Positions 23,995 through 34,071 of a DNA stretch of 36,473 bases are shown piece by piece. Under the pieces are notes generated by a model that was not told the origin of the DNA, made no database searches, and saw only the letters and a list, made by a program, of their open reading frames with translations. How positions within the stretch are numbered: position 1 is the first letter of the stretch; each line of letters begins with the position of its first letter. Source of the DNA: a virus (lineage: Duplodnaviria; Caudoviricetes); the IMG/VR virus record IMGVR_UViG_3300032259_000010, positions 1-36,473 of that record, one strand, 5' to 3'. The position numbers and the translations under genes were made by a program.

Positions 23995-25755
23995 TTATAA
24001 CGCTCCTAATGTTGCTGTTGGTCTCCGGTTTTGTGTTTGTGTCGTGTCTCTCCCTGTTGCTAATTCAGCGGGAGACTGAACAGCGCCGCCGCCAACCGGA
24101 GCGTTGACCGGCCCCGCGGGAGCCGTGACGGCGGGCTGTTGTTGAAACATTGAATCAATTATTTCCGTTGGAACCCCTCCTAGGTTATCCATTGCATCTT
24201 TTATCAAGTGCCTTAGTCCCGGGCCTGGGTTAGGGATTAGCCCTGTTTGCGCTCCTTGCATAACAAGCTGTGTTAACCTCATGTTCTGCTCTTGCTTGAG
24301 ACCATTGTCACGCCATGAAGCTGAACCGGCTTTCACCTCAAAGCCGAATTCACCAATACTCTTTATGCCAACCCACTCTTTAAACTGTGGCTGCCCTCCG
24401 TATTTACTATCAATCCTGACGACTTCGGGCCATTCATAGTATTGCTTGACAAGCTCAATTGTTTTTTGCGCTATGCGGGCTACAAATGCCTCAAATTGAG
24501 ACACTTTGTTCTCCATGATGACATTGCTTGCCTGACTTCTTATACTCGCCTCTGTAGCCGTCTGCTTCTTCTGGCTCGTATTCTGCCTTGTCTCTGCTGA
24601 CACCTGGCTATGATTACTGTTAAGCTGGTTTAGTTCGGCAGATATATTGTACATGTCTGGATGTATACCTGCTGTGGAGAACTCTCTAAAGCCCATTATG
24701 TCATTAACTTCATAGAACCCGTTTGCATTCTGTTTTGTAAGGTTACCCATCTGGTCTTCGTCTGCGCTACCTTTTGTGGTAAGCATTCCCGTGTTCGCCG
24801 TGTCTGCCTTATTGTAACGCTTGTTGAGCAATGCGAGTTCCGCAATAATGCCGTCTCTCGTGTTCCAAGGCTCGTTAATACCGAACTTATGAGTCAAAGC
24901 CTCTGATAGTACCACCATCTCAAAGGGATACTTCTTAAGCTTGTGCGGCCAATCCTCGTTTATAAGGAATTTATCATAACCCTTGCATATGACATATCTT
25001 TTATTATCCTCTTTAGACCATATCTCGTACACGGTTCTAAATGATTGTTTTTCTTCATCTGTGAGCTTCTCGCTACTCATAACACCTGGCGTGTCTTCGT
25101 CTGTCTCGTCATATTCGCTATCTATGGTGTGAATGTCTTTGACGTGCCCAAACTGCTCTTTAAACTGCTTTACAGTAAGCTTGATTCTATGAGCTACGAA
25201 TGACGAACTTTCAAGCTTTTCTGAATCAGGGTCTATTATTATATCCTGGTTTCTTACGTGGTCTGCCCATACACCGTAAGAACTGAGAGCCTCTCTTGTT
25301 ATGGTGCCGTCCTCGTTTACTTCGTCTCCTTCTGCTGCTTCTTCAGGGTCTATGGTCTCTGTATTGGTATTAGAGAAAAAACCAAGCTTAACAAAAGAGC
25401 AGCCAGTCACAATAGCCCACAGTGCCGCTTTCCTTAACTCTGCCTCCGCACCCGACTTGTTCATAACATCCCGCAAGATGTTTTCTACTAAGTCAGAAGC
25501 CCCGTAATCTTCAGGCTTTCTCGCCCTTGCCGTTATTATCGGCATCCGTGAGAACAGGAACGGTGTCTTAACGTAGTATAAGTTGTAAATGAGCGGAAAC
25601 TGTTTCTTTATGGTTTCCGTGTCCAGCTGTCTTGTGTTCTCGTATGCCTCAATGGCCCAGTCCCAAGAATCCCTTATTTCTTTCGTGGTCTTTTTGGCCC
25701 TTGTCACCATGGACATGAGCTTATTTATTTTTTCTCTTTCGTCTCGTTTTGCCAT
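23995..25755 (-). CDS. Portal protein (P22-like)
   Basis: 586 aa; ITARARKPED, DIIIDPD, VYEIWSK, KYPF and TATEASI motifs. Confidence 0.85.
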   Translation of the reverse strand: MAKRDEREKINKLMSMVTRAKKTTKEIRDSWDWAIEAYENTRQLDTETIKKQFPLIYNLYYVKTPFLFSRMPIITARARKPEDYGASDLVENILRDVMNKSGAEAELRKAALWAIVTGCSFVKLGFFSNTNTETIDPEEAAEGDEVNEDGTITREALSSYGVWADHVRNQDIIIDPDSEKLESSSFVAHRIKLTVKQFKEQFGHVKDIHTIDSEYDETDEDTPGVMSSEKLTDEEKQSFRTVYEIWSKEDNKRYVICKGYDKFLINEDWPHKLKKYPFEMVVLSEALTHKFGINEPWNTRDGIIAELALLNKRYNKADTANTGMLTTKGSADEDQMGNLTKQNANGFYEVNDIMGFREFSTAGIHPDMYNISAELNQLNSNHSQVSAETRQNTSQKKQTATEASIRSQASNVIMENKVSQFEAFVARIAQKTIELVKQYYEWPEVVRIDSKYGGQPQFKEWVGIKSIGEFGFEVKAGSASWRDNGLKQEQNMRLTQLVMQGAQTGLIPNPGPGLRHLIKDAMDNLGGVPTEIIDSMFQQQPAVTAPAGPVNAPVGGGAVQSPAELATGRDTTQTQNRRPTATLGAL

Positions 25756-26669
25756 TAGCTTGCCAATAAATTTGATTTATAACCGAGTTCAAAGCCTTCG
25801 TATAGTATATCTGTGGCTATGGAACCATCTGTTTTCATGGCTACTTCTAAGTGATAGCATTTGGCGTCGCTATCAACTATCTTTGCAATACTTCCTATTG
25901 TTGCTGTCCGGTGTCCAGTTCCGCTGTTTATTGTCATGTCTCCACCAACCTGAACGGCTGTCGCTGTAGACCATGTTGTTTCATACAGCCTTGCCCTTAC
26001 TTCTCCTGTGTGAACACCAGCCCCTCTCTGAGCGTGTATTGTTATGCTGTCAATAGTCCTATTGTTGTGTACCATGTTGATAGCGTGCGACCCGAAATCG
26101 TAAACATTATCCGTGGCTGACGGAGTAACAACGTTGCCTGATACGCTGTATAATAGCGGGTTTGTGCCATCCATTGTTATGTCGGCGCAGTGGTGCTGTG
26201 TTGGCGTAGTAATCTCACTTGTAGGAATAGTCACCGATGAGTCCCAGCTTGTCCAACTTGCTGGTAGCGTGGGCGTTTTTCTGGCAAGCGTAACAGCCGG
26301 ACTTGTGCCGGTCTTGAACCAAATAGCGAAGGCGGTTTTAGACGTGTCAACGCCTATAAAATTAGAGCCTGTCCAATAACAGTTTACCGCTAGCCACGCA
26401 TCTTCCCCTGTGTTATGAATAGTTGTTCTTCCCGCCGTACCTGATTCAGAGCCAACGCTGAAACCGCTTTTATGCGTGCCATCCCCTGTGTTGTGCTGTG
26501 TTGCCATGTGAAGTATTTTTGTCAACGCTATATTTGCGCTTGCTTTTACATTAGCATCGTCTATTTGCCCATTTATAACATCTCTTAATGTCTCAAAGTT
26601 ACTGTTAACCTCTGGGGCGACAGCCTTTGTTCCGGCTGTAAACGAATTAGGAAGGCTTATTATTCCCAT
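25755..26669 (-). CDS. Tail fibre / needle-like protein
   Basis: N-terminal NSFTAGTKAVAPEVNSNF anchor-type motif; beta-rich C-terminus; follows the nozzle. Confidence 0.6.
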   Translation of the reverse strand: MGIISLPNSFTAGTKAVAPEVNSNFETLRDVINGQIDDANVKASANIALTKILHMATQHNTGDGTHKSGFSVGSESGTAGRTTIHNTGEDAWLAVNCYWTGSNFIGVDTSKTAFAIWFKTGTSPAVTLARKTPTLPASWTSWDSSVTIPTSEITTPTQHHCADITMDGTNPLLYSVSGNVVTPSATDNVYDFGSHAINMVHNNRTIDSITIHAQRGAGVHTGEVRARLYETTWSTATAVQVGGDMTINSGTGHRTATIGSIAKIVDSDAKCYHLEVAMKTDGSIATDILYEGFELGYKSNLLAS

Positions 26670-28132
26670 TATTTGAAATCCTCATAGTTTTGCGGCGCTG
26701 GGTTATAGCCAAAGCCTGCACCGAATAGGGCTAGTGCGTTCTGTGATGATTCATAAAGGCTCACCAGTAACACCGACACAGTCATTCCGATTATTCTCTT
26801 CTTTATGACTTCCACTGAGGCCATAGACCAGCCGTCTGTACCCCACACCATGGTGTCCCATAACGAGTCGCCAGCACCAGATAAATCAATAAGTGACGTT
26901 CTGCTTTGTTTTCCGTAGTCGCCTATTAAAGACAATGACGGCGTGGCGCTGCCCGATTCGCCCATTAGCAGTGCGGTTTTTATTGTTCCAGACCTTAGCC
27001 CCTCGATATAGTGTTGCCGTCCTTCAAACTTAGCCGTTATATTTACTCCGTCATCATCCGTCCCTGTGTCAAGTTCTCTAACAAAGCCCGTTGCTGTGGA
27101 GTCTCCGCCGTATAACTCCCATCCGTCAGCGGTGTTTCCCCATGCTGCGAGAGATGAAAACGATGTGCCCGTGTATTTTGTCCAGCCGCCGCTTTTTATG
27201 TCGTAGACCATTGTCTTGCTGTTTGGCCCCGCTCCGTATGAAGCGCAAAGCCAATATTGCTCCCTATGAACAACTCCCACACCATCAACAAGCACGTTAG
27301 CCGGTATGCTGTCAAATTCAGGGTCAACAAACCCGCTTATTTTAAGCGTTGAGTTGCCGTTGAACTTATATACACCATCACTTGACTGAAAGTATATCAA
27401 CTGGTTGTGCATGGCAACGCTCCTTTGCGCTACACATCCAGTGTTTGTGGTAACTCTCTGCCAAGCATGAGTGTCGGAGTTGTAGCCCTGTAACATGAAT
27501 ATTCCGTTTTCCTTGAATATTGCCAACATACCGTTTATTGGGGCTAATCCGGTTATCTTGTCGCCATCATCCGAATCAATATCAATATAGTTAGTACTTG
27601 TATTCCATGTGGTAGGGTCTCCGGTTTCGCAGAAATACAAGCGGTTTGGATTTGTTGTAACTCCGGCAATATACAGCCTTTCTTTGTGCAGAACAACGAA
27701 TGTTGCCGCAGGCGGTGAGCCAGATATTGCAGATACCGTTGTGCCGTTATATTGAAGCTTGTCTGTGCCGTTAAAAATGTACACTATATCGTTCCATGTC
27801 TGGAAGTACATACGGGCATCTGCAAGCCCTGTCTGTATACTCGTCCAAACACCTGTACCGTCATTACCCTTGTATAATGCTGTTCCGCATCCGGCGAGAA
27901 ACTCTTTGAAGGTCGTAGCGCTCTTATAATACCTAAACAGGCTGTGTACACTATTGCTGCCTATAGCAGAAGAGTTATACTTTGCTTGCCCTGCACGCTT
28001 CACAAGCCCGCCGTCACTACGTATTTCAAAGTTTTCCAACAGAGAGGCTTGATTATCGCCTATCATATGGGCCTTGTCTCTTACATTAAGGCCCCCTGTA
28101 AAACTCTGTTGCAAAACATACTGTTGAGCCAT
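26669..28132 (-). CDS. Tail nozzle / tail tubular protein B (P22 gp10-like)
   Basis: FTGGLN...NF...GLVKRAG, HKERLY and LAIFKENGI beta-propeller pattern. Confidence 0.82.
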   Translation of the reverse strand: MAQQYVLQQSFTGGLNVRDKAHMIGDNQASLLENFEIRSDGGLVKRAGQAKYNSSAIGSNSVHSLFRYYKSATTFKEFLAGCGTALYKGNDGTGVWTSIQTGLADARMYFQTWNDIVYIFNGTDKLQYNGTTVSAISGSPPAATFVVLHKERLYIAGVTTNPNRLYFCETGDPTTWNTSTNYIDIDSDDGDKITGLAPINGMLAIFKENGIFMLQGYNSDTHAWQRVTTNTGCVAQRSVAMHNQLIYFQSSDGVYKFNGNSTLKISGFVDPEFDSIPANVLVDGVGVVHREQYWLCASYGAGPNSKTMVYDIKSGGWTKYTGTSFSSLAAWGNTADGWELYGGDSTATGFVRELDTGTDDDGVNITAKFEGRQHYIEGLRSGTIKTALLMGESGSATPSLSLIGDYGKQSRTSLIDLSGAGDSLWDTMVWGTDGWSMASVEVIKKRIIGMTVSVLLVSLYESSQNALALFGAGFGYNPAPQNYEDFK

Positions 28133-28824
28133 TACCACACCTTAGGATAATTAGCGGGTAGTACCGGCCTTGCTCTTCCTCCGCCTGAATTCTCGTAAGA
28201 CTCCATAGAGGCTGTCATGGCCGTCTCTACTCCGGTTAGAGACCTTTTTATCATTGCGATTGTTCCGGCAAAGGCTTTTTCTGCTTCTTGTGGCGGCCTG
28301 CCTGTGTCTTTCGCTATTATATAGTTTACTGCCAGTCCGATTAAGTCATAATCGAACTGCGTCATTCTCGCATCACCATTAAACGGTGTATCGTTGTCCG
28401 CCGTCATACTTGTAATGACAGGCATATAGTACATGCTGTATGTGTCTGTGCTACTGCTTGGCGTAGGCCAAAACAATACTTCTTTGGTTGTTAGGTCGAC
28501 CGTGTAGTGAGTTGGAAGACCTGTTGTTACGCTCCTTATAGACCGATACTCGTCTATCGGCATAAAGCATAACAGCCTGAAATCAGAAGCCCCATAGCCG
28601 TATCTAACGCTTTTGGTCTTAAACCAATCAGAATTCAAGCTGTAGTTAGCCTGACTTGCGGTAGTTGTCCCGCTTTGGCTTTGTAACGGTTGTCCGCTTT
28701 CTCTTGCTATGAACCTTTGCGCCTGATTTAGTCGGCTTGTTACCACGCTGTTCGGTAGTCTGTCGCTGTTCGTTTCCTCCTGCATCCGTTCCTTGACTTC
28801 CGCTATCAGTTCCGACAGTGTCAT
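28132..28824 (-). CDS. Head-tail adaptor / tail tubular protein A
   Basis: MTLSELIAEVK...LNQAQ...YSL..DW...GLPTHY...FWPTP motif series. Confidence 0.8.
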   Translation of the reverse strand: MTLSELIAEVKERMQEETNSDRLPNSVVTSRLNQAQRFIARESGQPLQSQSGTTTASQANYSLNSDWFKTKSVRYGYGASDFRLLCFMPIDEYRSIRSVTTGLPTHYTVDLTTKEVLFWPTPSSSTDTYSMYYMPVITSMTADNDTPFNGDARMTQFDYDLIGLAVNYIIAKDTGRPPQEAEKAFAGTIAMIKRSLTGVETAMTASMESYENSGGGRARPVLPANYPKVW

Positions 28825-28834
28825 TGTTATTTAT

Positions 28835-28861
28835 CTCCTTGGGCCGGTGTTGAACCGGCCC
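28835..28861 (-). promoter_or_regulatory. Hairpin plus RBS element on the late strand
   Basis: Minus strand reads ACAACACCA-GGGCCGGT-TCAAC-ACCGGCCC-AAGGAG upstream of the adaptor gene. Confidence 0.6.
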
Positions 28862-28873
28862 TGGTGTTGTCCG

Positions 28874-29278
28874 TTAAGCGTTTTTCTTGGCAATATAAGA
28901 CAGTACCGAGTCATACTTGCCTTTATCCTTGCCGGCATCATATCGCTCTTTCTGTCTTGTGAAGTACTCTTCCGCTGTCTTCCCATCGTAACCCTTGGTG
29001 TTGATTGGTAGACCGCAATCAAACAGCGTTATAACGGCGTCTGGGTTGTCCTGTGCCATTGCAATACTAAGGGCGGTGTTCTTGTTTTTATTCACAAGCT
29101 CAAGGTTCGCGCCTTTAGCACATGCCTTTATAACGGCGGGTGAACGCTGCTTATATACAGCCCAAAGCACCGGTGTGCTGTGGTTGGTATCAATTTCAAG
29201 CGTAGCCCCTTCTTTTTTCGCCATCTCCAATATAACTTTGTCGGCGGCCCCCGCGCTTATCTGGATAATTAGACTCAT
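28874..29278 (-). CDS. Ankyrin-repeat protein
   Basis: TPVLWAV...KGANLELVNKNKNTALSIA...LFDCGLPINTKGYDGKTA; GGAGG RBS before the ATG at 29278. Confidence 0.85.
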   Translation of the reverse strand: MSLIIQISAGAADKVILEMAKKEGATLEIDTNHSTPVLWAVYKQRSPAVIKACAKGANLELVNKNKNTALSIAMAQDNPDAVITLFDCGLPINTKGYDGKTAEEYFTRQKERYDAGKDKGKYDSVLSYIAKKNA

Positions 29279-29292
29279 GTGTAGACCTCCTA

Positions 29293-29970
29293 TTAACACT
29301 TTAGCATTACTGGTATTTTCTGAGAAGCCAAGGCGGTAGGCACTAAAGCGGTCATGTTTGCTTTTTCTGCCTCATCAACCGTGGTTCCTGCTGCTGTCAA
29401 GCCCTTTACGGCTCCGGCAGTAGAAGAAGAAACAACCCCTTCGTACTGAACTATAGCGTCTGTGTTTCCTACGCCTTCAACATGTGCTAGACCTTCGGTC
29501 TGTAGCCAGAAGTAATAACCAGAGGTTATAGCTATTGGGGTCACACCAACTATTGATTCGCTTGCTGCGTCTGTGGCTTCTACGTTGTAGTTATGGTAAA
29601 CAACGTAATCTTCTGATGTTGTCAAGTCAGCCGACCATGCAGTTGTTACCTTAAGCTGATTAGCGGTAACAAGCGCCTTAACAAGGTTCGGCGCATCATC
29701 AATAGAGTTTGTTCCCGCGTTGATTTTCACGTACATACCTACTGCTGCACTTGTGAACGTAACAGCGGCATCGTTTAATACGCTTCCAGAACTTGCGTCA
29801 CAATCTCCGTCAAAGAGATTAACCTGCGTGACTGCTGTATTTGCCGCGAGAGCCTCGTTTGCCCTGCAATAACGCCATGTCTTCCCTTCTATATCAACAT
29901 ATTTGGTTCCAAGCTCGGCTTTTCTTGTGGCGCTCTCCACGCCAGGTGCATGTGGTGGCACATAAGTCAT
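29293..29970 (-). CDS. Capsid decoration / minor capsid protein
   Basis: Directly after the MCP; LGT...GKTWRYCRA and YYFWLQTEG patterns. Confidence 0.6.
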   Translation of the reverse strand: MTYVPPHAPGVESATRKAELGTKYVDIEGKTWRYCRANEALAANTAVTQVNLFDGDCDASSGSVLNDAAVTFTSAAVGMYVKINAGTNSIDDAPNLVKALVTANQLKVTTAWSADLTTSEDYVVYHNYNVEATDAASESIVGVTPIAITSGYYFWLQTEGLAHVEGVGNTDAIVQYEGVVSSSTAGAVKGLTAAGTTVDEAEKANMTALVPTALASQKIPVMLKC

Positions 29971-29981
29971 TAATTTTCTCC

Positions 29982-30977
29982 TTATGTAAGGTCTATTTCA
30001 TAGATTACGCCAAGCTTTCTACAATTCGTAACAGTCAGATTGCCCATGAAAAGCATCTGTGATGTTTTGACCTGCTGGTTGTTTGGTGTAATAAAGTCAG
30101 TTGTAATAAAGTCAGTATCTTTGTCCACGGTCAGACGTAGATAATTACTGTTCAAGAAATACATTCTGCCGTGTGTTGCGTCCGATGGGCAGTATGGATC
30201 CCATGTAATCATTCCGCCCTTAAATTTTAGGTTCTCTTGTTTGAAGGAGCCGTCTGCCGATTCTCCGGTAAACCGCTGCTTCTGGATTAACTGCGAAACA
30301 TAGCCCTCAAAGGTAGACTGGTCACACACTATAAGGTCTGGATTGTCACCGTCCCCATATCGGGTACAGTTGTTATACATCGTTTCCATTAAGCCGAGCA
30401 GCGTATCAAAGGGCGTCGTTGTTTTGGCCCCTGTAGTACTCCAATTACGCCACCAGCTGTTAGTTGCATCAGAGCGGTCTATATTACCCACAGTGCCGGA
30501 TGTTGGTGTATCAGCAACTATAAGCTCAAGCCCGTCAAGGTCTTTCCCGAAATTGCCGGCACCGTCAGAGTATAGCATTGTTGCGATAACGTCTTTCATT
30601 GACATTCTTAACTGCCTTGCCTTTGATTCAACAAGGTTTACAATCCTGTGTTCGCCACTGTTTTTCCTTAGCTCTTCTCTTGATATGGAGAGCGTCCCTG
30701 CTACGTTCTTCCAATCAAAGACAGCGTTTGTCATACCTTCCTGGGGTGTGATATCAAATTCATCATACCCTGAATAACTCCTAACCGTGCCGTTTGTTCC
30801 GTACATTAATGTCTCAGAAAGGCTTAGACCTCCATCCTCGTACTTTACGGCACCTTTCTTTTTGAAGTAGGACAGTAAAATAGTGTTCTCGAAAATCTGG
30901 TCTCTCAGTGTCTTTGCGTAGTTGCTCAGCGTTGTGGATATCAACGCGGTATTGAAATCTGGGTTTCCTGTTGCCAT
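29982..30977 (-). CDS. Major capsid protein (HK97 fold)
   Basis: STTL..Y...D.IF...LL, LYSDG...DLDGL, NSWWRN, PDLIV and RMYFLNSNYL; AGGAGG RBS before the ATG at 30977. Confidence 0.9.
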   Translation of the reverse strand: MATGNPDFNTALISTTLSNYAKTLRDQIFENTILLSYFKKKGAVKYEDGGLSLSETLMYGTNGTVRSYSGYDEFDITPQEGMTNAVFDWKNVAGTLSISREELRKNSGEHRIVNLVESKARQLRMSMKDVIATMLYSDGAGNFGKDLDGLELIVADTPTSGTVGNIDRSDATNSWWRNWSTTGAKTTTPFDTLLGLMETMYNNCTRYGDGDNPDLIVCDQSTFEGYVSQLIQKQRFTGESADGSFKQENLKFKGGMITWDPYCPSDATHGRMYFLNSNYLRLTVDKDTDFITTDFITPNNQQVKTSQMLFMGNLTVTNCRKLGVIYEIDLT

Positions 30978-30996
30978 AGCGGCCTCCTGTGTTGTT

Positions 30997-32289
30997 TTAG
31001 AACTGAAAATCACCTAAAAGGCTTGTGTCTACACCGGATGGCAAGGCGGCACCGGTTGACATCCCGCCCGATAAAAGAGGTGATGTGCTGAAATCAAAAG
31101 TTGGTAACTGCTGCATTAATAGTGGTGCTAACGAGCCTAAAAGACCCATACCGCCAGATATGGCCCCGCTTATTAGCTGGTTACGTTCTGCGTCCTGTTG
31201 GGCCTGTGCTAACGCCTGATTTTGCGCTGCACTCATTGCGCTACTTACGATAGGGCTTGTGCCCCGTGTAACTGCTCCTATGTCTGCAAGTCTCCTGCTT
31301 AATATATCCGAGGTCATTTGTCCCTGCAACGCGGGGAACAGCGCCTCTCTATCTCTCCATGCCTGTAGTCTCTGGAAGTCAGCGAGTTCTTGCCCTGCTC
31401 TTTGTTGCTCTTGCCCTGCAAGTATGCCGTGTTCGGCACCGGCAATATCAGTCATACGCCCGTATTGACGGGCAAGATTGGCCTCATCGAAAGCTTGCCG
31501 CCTGAGAGGCTCCCCGAACGCCTGTTGCCTGATAGATTCCTGGATTAGTGGACTTGTGAGGGCTGCAACATTGCTTTGTGCTGCTCTACCCAGTCTTTCG
31601 CCTATGTCAGTAGCTCCCTCAAGGGTTGCCCCGCTCGAAAGCATACCACGTGATGCCATTTGTTCAGCAAGGCCCTTTAGCTGCCTTTCTCCTGCTGCGC
31701 CTAATTCGGCCTCATATGCTTGTATGGCCGGTAAATCTGCAAGCATGCCTGGTGTTATCTGCCCTACCTCCCGAAACTGTGCGGTCTTGAACGGGTCGAA
31801 CTGTCCACCAAATGTCTGCTGTGCCGTGTCGATAAAGCCTGGTATGTTGGCAAGCGCTGATTCCGGTGTTGCCTCGAATGACGGCAATGATATCTCTGGT
31901 ATGTCCTGAAAGAACCTGGCCAGCAGGTTAGGGAGTAGCATACCTGCTGTCTGTTCTGCTGTTTTCGGAAAGTCCGTCATTCGGTCTTTTAGAACGTCCT
32001 CAAACTTGCCAACGTCTAAACCACCAAACGGCTGCTGTGCTGCGCCTGTTATACCTGGCATTGTCACGGGTATTTGTGTTTGTTGGCCTCCCGTAAGCGT
32101 GGGAGACTGGAAAGACGGCTGAGGCGTGACACTTACGCCTGCCGGTAATTGGCCGTGCATAAGAGATGTTCTTTTCTGTGCCGGTTTCCATCCGGCAGCG
32201 GGCCCAGTGAGCCCTGCGTTCTGTGCCGACTTTGCCTTGTTCACGATGGATAGCGGGAGGCGCATATCCATGTTATTGAATCTAGCCAT
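30997..32289 (-). CDS. DNA transfer / ejection (pilot-like) protein
   Basis: Gln/Ala-rich; ASRGMLSSGATL motif resembling P22 gp7-type ejection proteins; Gly-rich hydrophobic C-terminus. Confidence 0.55.
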   Translation of the reverse strand: MARFNNMDMRLPLSIVNKAKSAQNAGLTGPAAGWKPAQKRTSLMHGQLPAGVSVTPQPSFQSPTLTGGQQTQIPVTMPGITGAAQQPFGGLDVGKFEDVLKDRMTDFPKTAEQTAGMLLPNLLARFFQDIPEISLPSFEATPESALANIPGFIDTAQQTFGGQFDPFKTAQFREVGQITPGMLADLPAIQAYEAELGAAGERQLKGLAEQMASRGMLSSGATLEGATDIGERLGRAAQSNVAALTSPLIQESIRQQAFGEPLRRQAFDEANLARQYGRMTDIAGAEHGILAGQEQQRAGQELADFQRLQAWRDREALFPALQGQMTSDILSRRLADIGAVTRGTSPIVSSAMSAAQNQALAQAQQDAERNQLISGAISGGMGLLGSLAPLLMQQLPTFDFSTSPLLSGGMSTGAALPSGVDTSLLGDFQF

Positions 32290-33622
32290 TATTTCCTATG
32301 TACCTCCTCCGAACAGCGTTGAAACTGTTAGGGTTTTCCGTTGGCCTTATTGGCATCTTAAGCCAGTGTTTCAGCGATGGCAACTGAGTCGCAATGTACC
32401 TGATGCAATCCTGAGGGTGGTCGTAACGATTATCCTTTTCTGGGTTCTTATTCCCGTCAGGCTGTATCTTGTCGGGATACTTATATCCGCCACGCAGCCC
32501 GTCTATCACGGTTTTACACTGCTTATCCACAACATATAGGTTGTTCTTCAACAGTATACGCAGCAGTAGTATACCGTTCTTAATGCTTCGGTCTACATTC
32601 GTTCTAACATAAACGCCCATTGTTGACAGAATTTGCACGCTCGTCCTGTCGTTTTTATCGTTCATCTGCCTGCCTGCTGGGTCGCCGTAGTCCACGAAAT
32701 CGAAGCCAGGATATAGTTGCTCTGATTCTACGAGTACCATCTTTCCGAAATCGTCAATTAGTTCGTCTTTCCCGCATATCTCATGCAGTATCATGAGCTT
32801 ACCGTTCACCTCCTGCGCGAATACTACGCAAGGGTGGTGATATCCGAAGTCCCACCCGCGTAGTATCGGAGAGCCGTCTAGAGGGGTGACGGTTTTCACA
32901 TGTTTTTCTGCCTTGAACTCCTTGTACACCGGCTTGCCATTGAGAATCAATCCAGGTTGCCCCTTCAAGAAAACATCAATCCAATCCTGCGTATAGTGTT
33001 CTTCCAGGCGTTCAATGTAGCCATCAGGGAGATTATCCCTATTTTCGTATGTTGGAGCGTTGAAATATGAGCACTCGCCGCTTTTCGTTTCAACGTCTCG
33101 GAACATGGGATATATCCAGTGGTCCTCGTCTCCTGGATTGCTACCCAGGAGCCCCCAGTATGCATCAGGAGGAACGGTCTTGAGTCTCAGTCGCCCTGCC
33201 AGTATATCGAACGCCTCAGATGTATCCAACTCACTGGCTTCATCGACGTAGAAAAAACCCAGTTCCATTGACTTGAACTTTTCAGGGTCATTGCAGCCAC
33301 GAAAGTAAACAATGCTGCCATTCCATAGCATAATCCAACTCTCCGAACGGTTTTCTTCGGCTATCATCCATTTAGGGCAAATGGCTATGAATGTCTTGTA
33401 TGTACTTGTTTTCAGGTCGCTTAGGTTCTTCCTAGCAATGACCCCGATATTGCCAGGATACCTTACCAAGCTGTCCAATGCCCTGTAGCACCCAAGTCTT
33501 GATTTCCCGCTTCCGAACCCGCCTATGTAGGCATTGAACGGCGTTGGGCTGTACCACGTCATATACTGCGTTTTCAGCGGCCTAAACTCCTTGGCTATGT
33601 CCCAGGTCTCTATATACATCAC
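32282..33622 (-). CDS. terL: Terminase large subunit
   Basis: GGFGSGKS Walker A, FYVDEASE Walker B, SNP motif, GWDFG nuclease and DHPQDCIRY. Confidence 0.95.
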   Translation of the reverse strand: MMYIETWDIAKEFRPLKTQYMTWYSPTPFNAYIGGFGSGKSRLGCYRALDSLVRYPGNIGVIARKNLSDLKTSTYKTFIAICPKWMIAEENRSESWIMLWNGSIVYFRGCNDPEKFKSMELGFFYVDEASELDTSEAFDILAGRLRLKTVPPDAYWGLLGSNPGDEDHWIYPMFRDVETKSGECSYFNAPTYENRDNLPDGYIERLEEHYTQDWIDVFLKGQPGLILNGKPVYKEFKAEKHVKTVTPLDGSPILRGWDFGYHHPCVVFAQEVNGKLMILHEICGKDELIDDFGKMVLVESEQLYPGFDFVDYGDPAGRQMNDKNDRTSVQILSTMGVYVRTNVDRSIKNGILLLRILLKNNLYVVDKQCKTVIDGLRGGYKYPDKIQPDGNKNPEKDNRYDHPQDCIRYIATQLPSLKHWLKMPIRPTENPNSFNAVRRRYIGNNG

Positions 33623-33625
33623 TCC

Positions 33626-33880
33626 CTACCCCGCCTCTTGCGTATTGTTTTCTCTACACAGCTTTGCGCGGTGAGAACGAGACTCAATGTACACTGGCTC
33701 GCCAGTGATATGCTCGGTAACATATGGCGTGAAACCGCAATCAATAGGAGCGTTGAGAGATATTCTCAACTTCGCGGTGTCGCAGCATGTGTCACATACA
33801 ATATATGGCTTAGGGTCATAGGAAGTCTGTATTCTTTCTGTCGTGTGGTTCTCACTACATATATACTCGTATATCGGCAT
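33626..33880 (-). CDS. FmdB-like zinc-ribbon protein
   Basis: MPIYEYIC...H...CDTC. Confidence 0.8.
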   Translation of the reverse strand: MPIYEYICSENHTTERIQTSYDPKPYIVCDTCCDTAKLRISLNAPIDCGFTPYVTEHITGEPVYIESRSHRAKLCRENNTQEAG

Positions 33881-33916
33881 ATGCCTCACAAAGCTCCCAT
33901 CATTCTGCCGCGGTGC

Positions 33917-34066
33917 CTACATAAGTTCAACAAAGTCGTCATTCGTCATGGCCCGCATTGCGCAGGCCTCATCTCGTTTCGATAATATCCTCCGCCACCG
34001 TGATGCCTCTGCATGACTTTTTGGCCTTACTGTATCCTGTACTAATTTATTTTCCATCTGTTCCAT
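33917..34066 (-). CDS. Possible 49-aa hypothetical protein (not in the ORF track)
   Basis: MEQMENKLVQDTVRPKSHAEASRWRRILSKRDEACAMRAMTNDDFVELM; GGAG upstream. Confidence 0.4.
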   Translation of the reverse strand: MEQMENKLVQDTVRPKSHAEASRWRRILSKRDEACAMRAMTNDDFVELM

Positions 34067-34071
34067 TGTAA

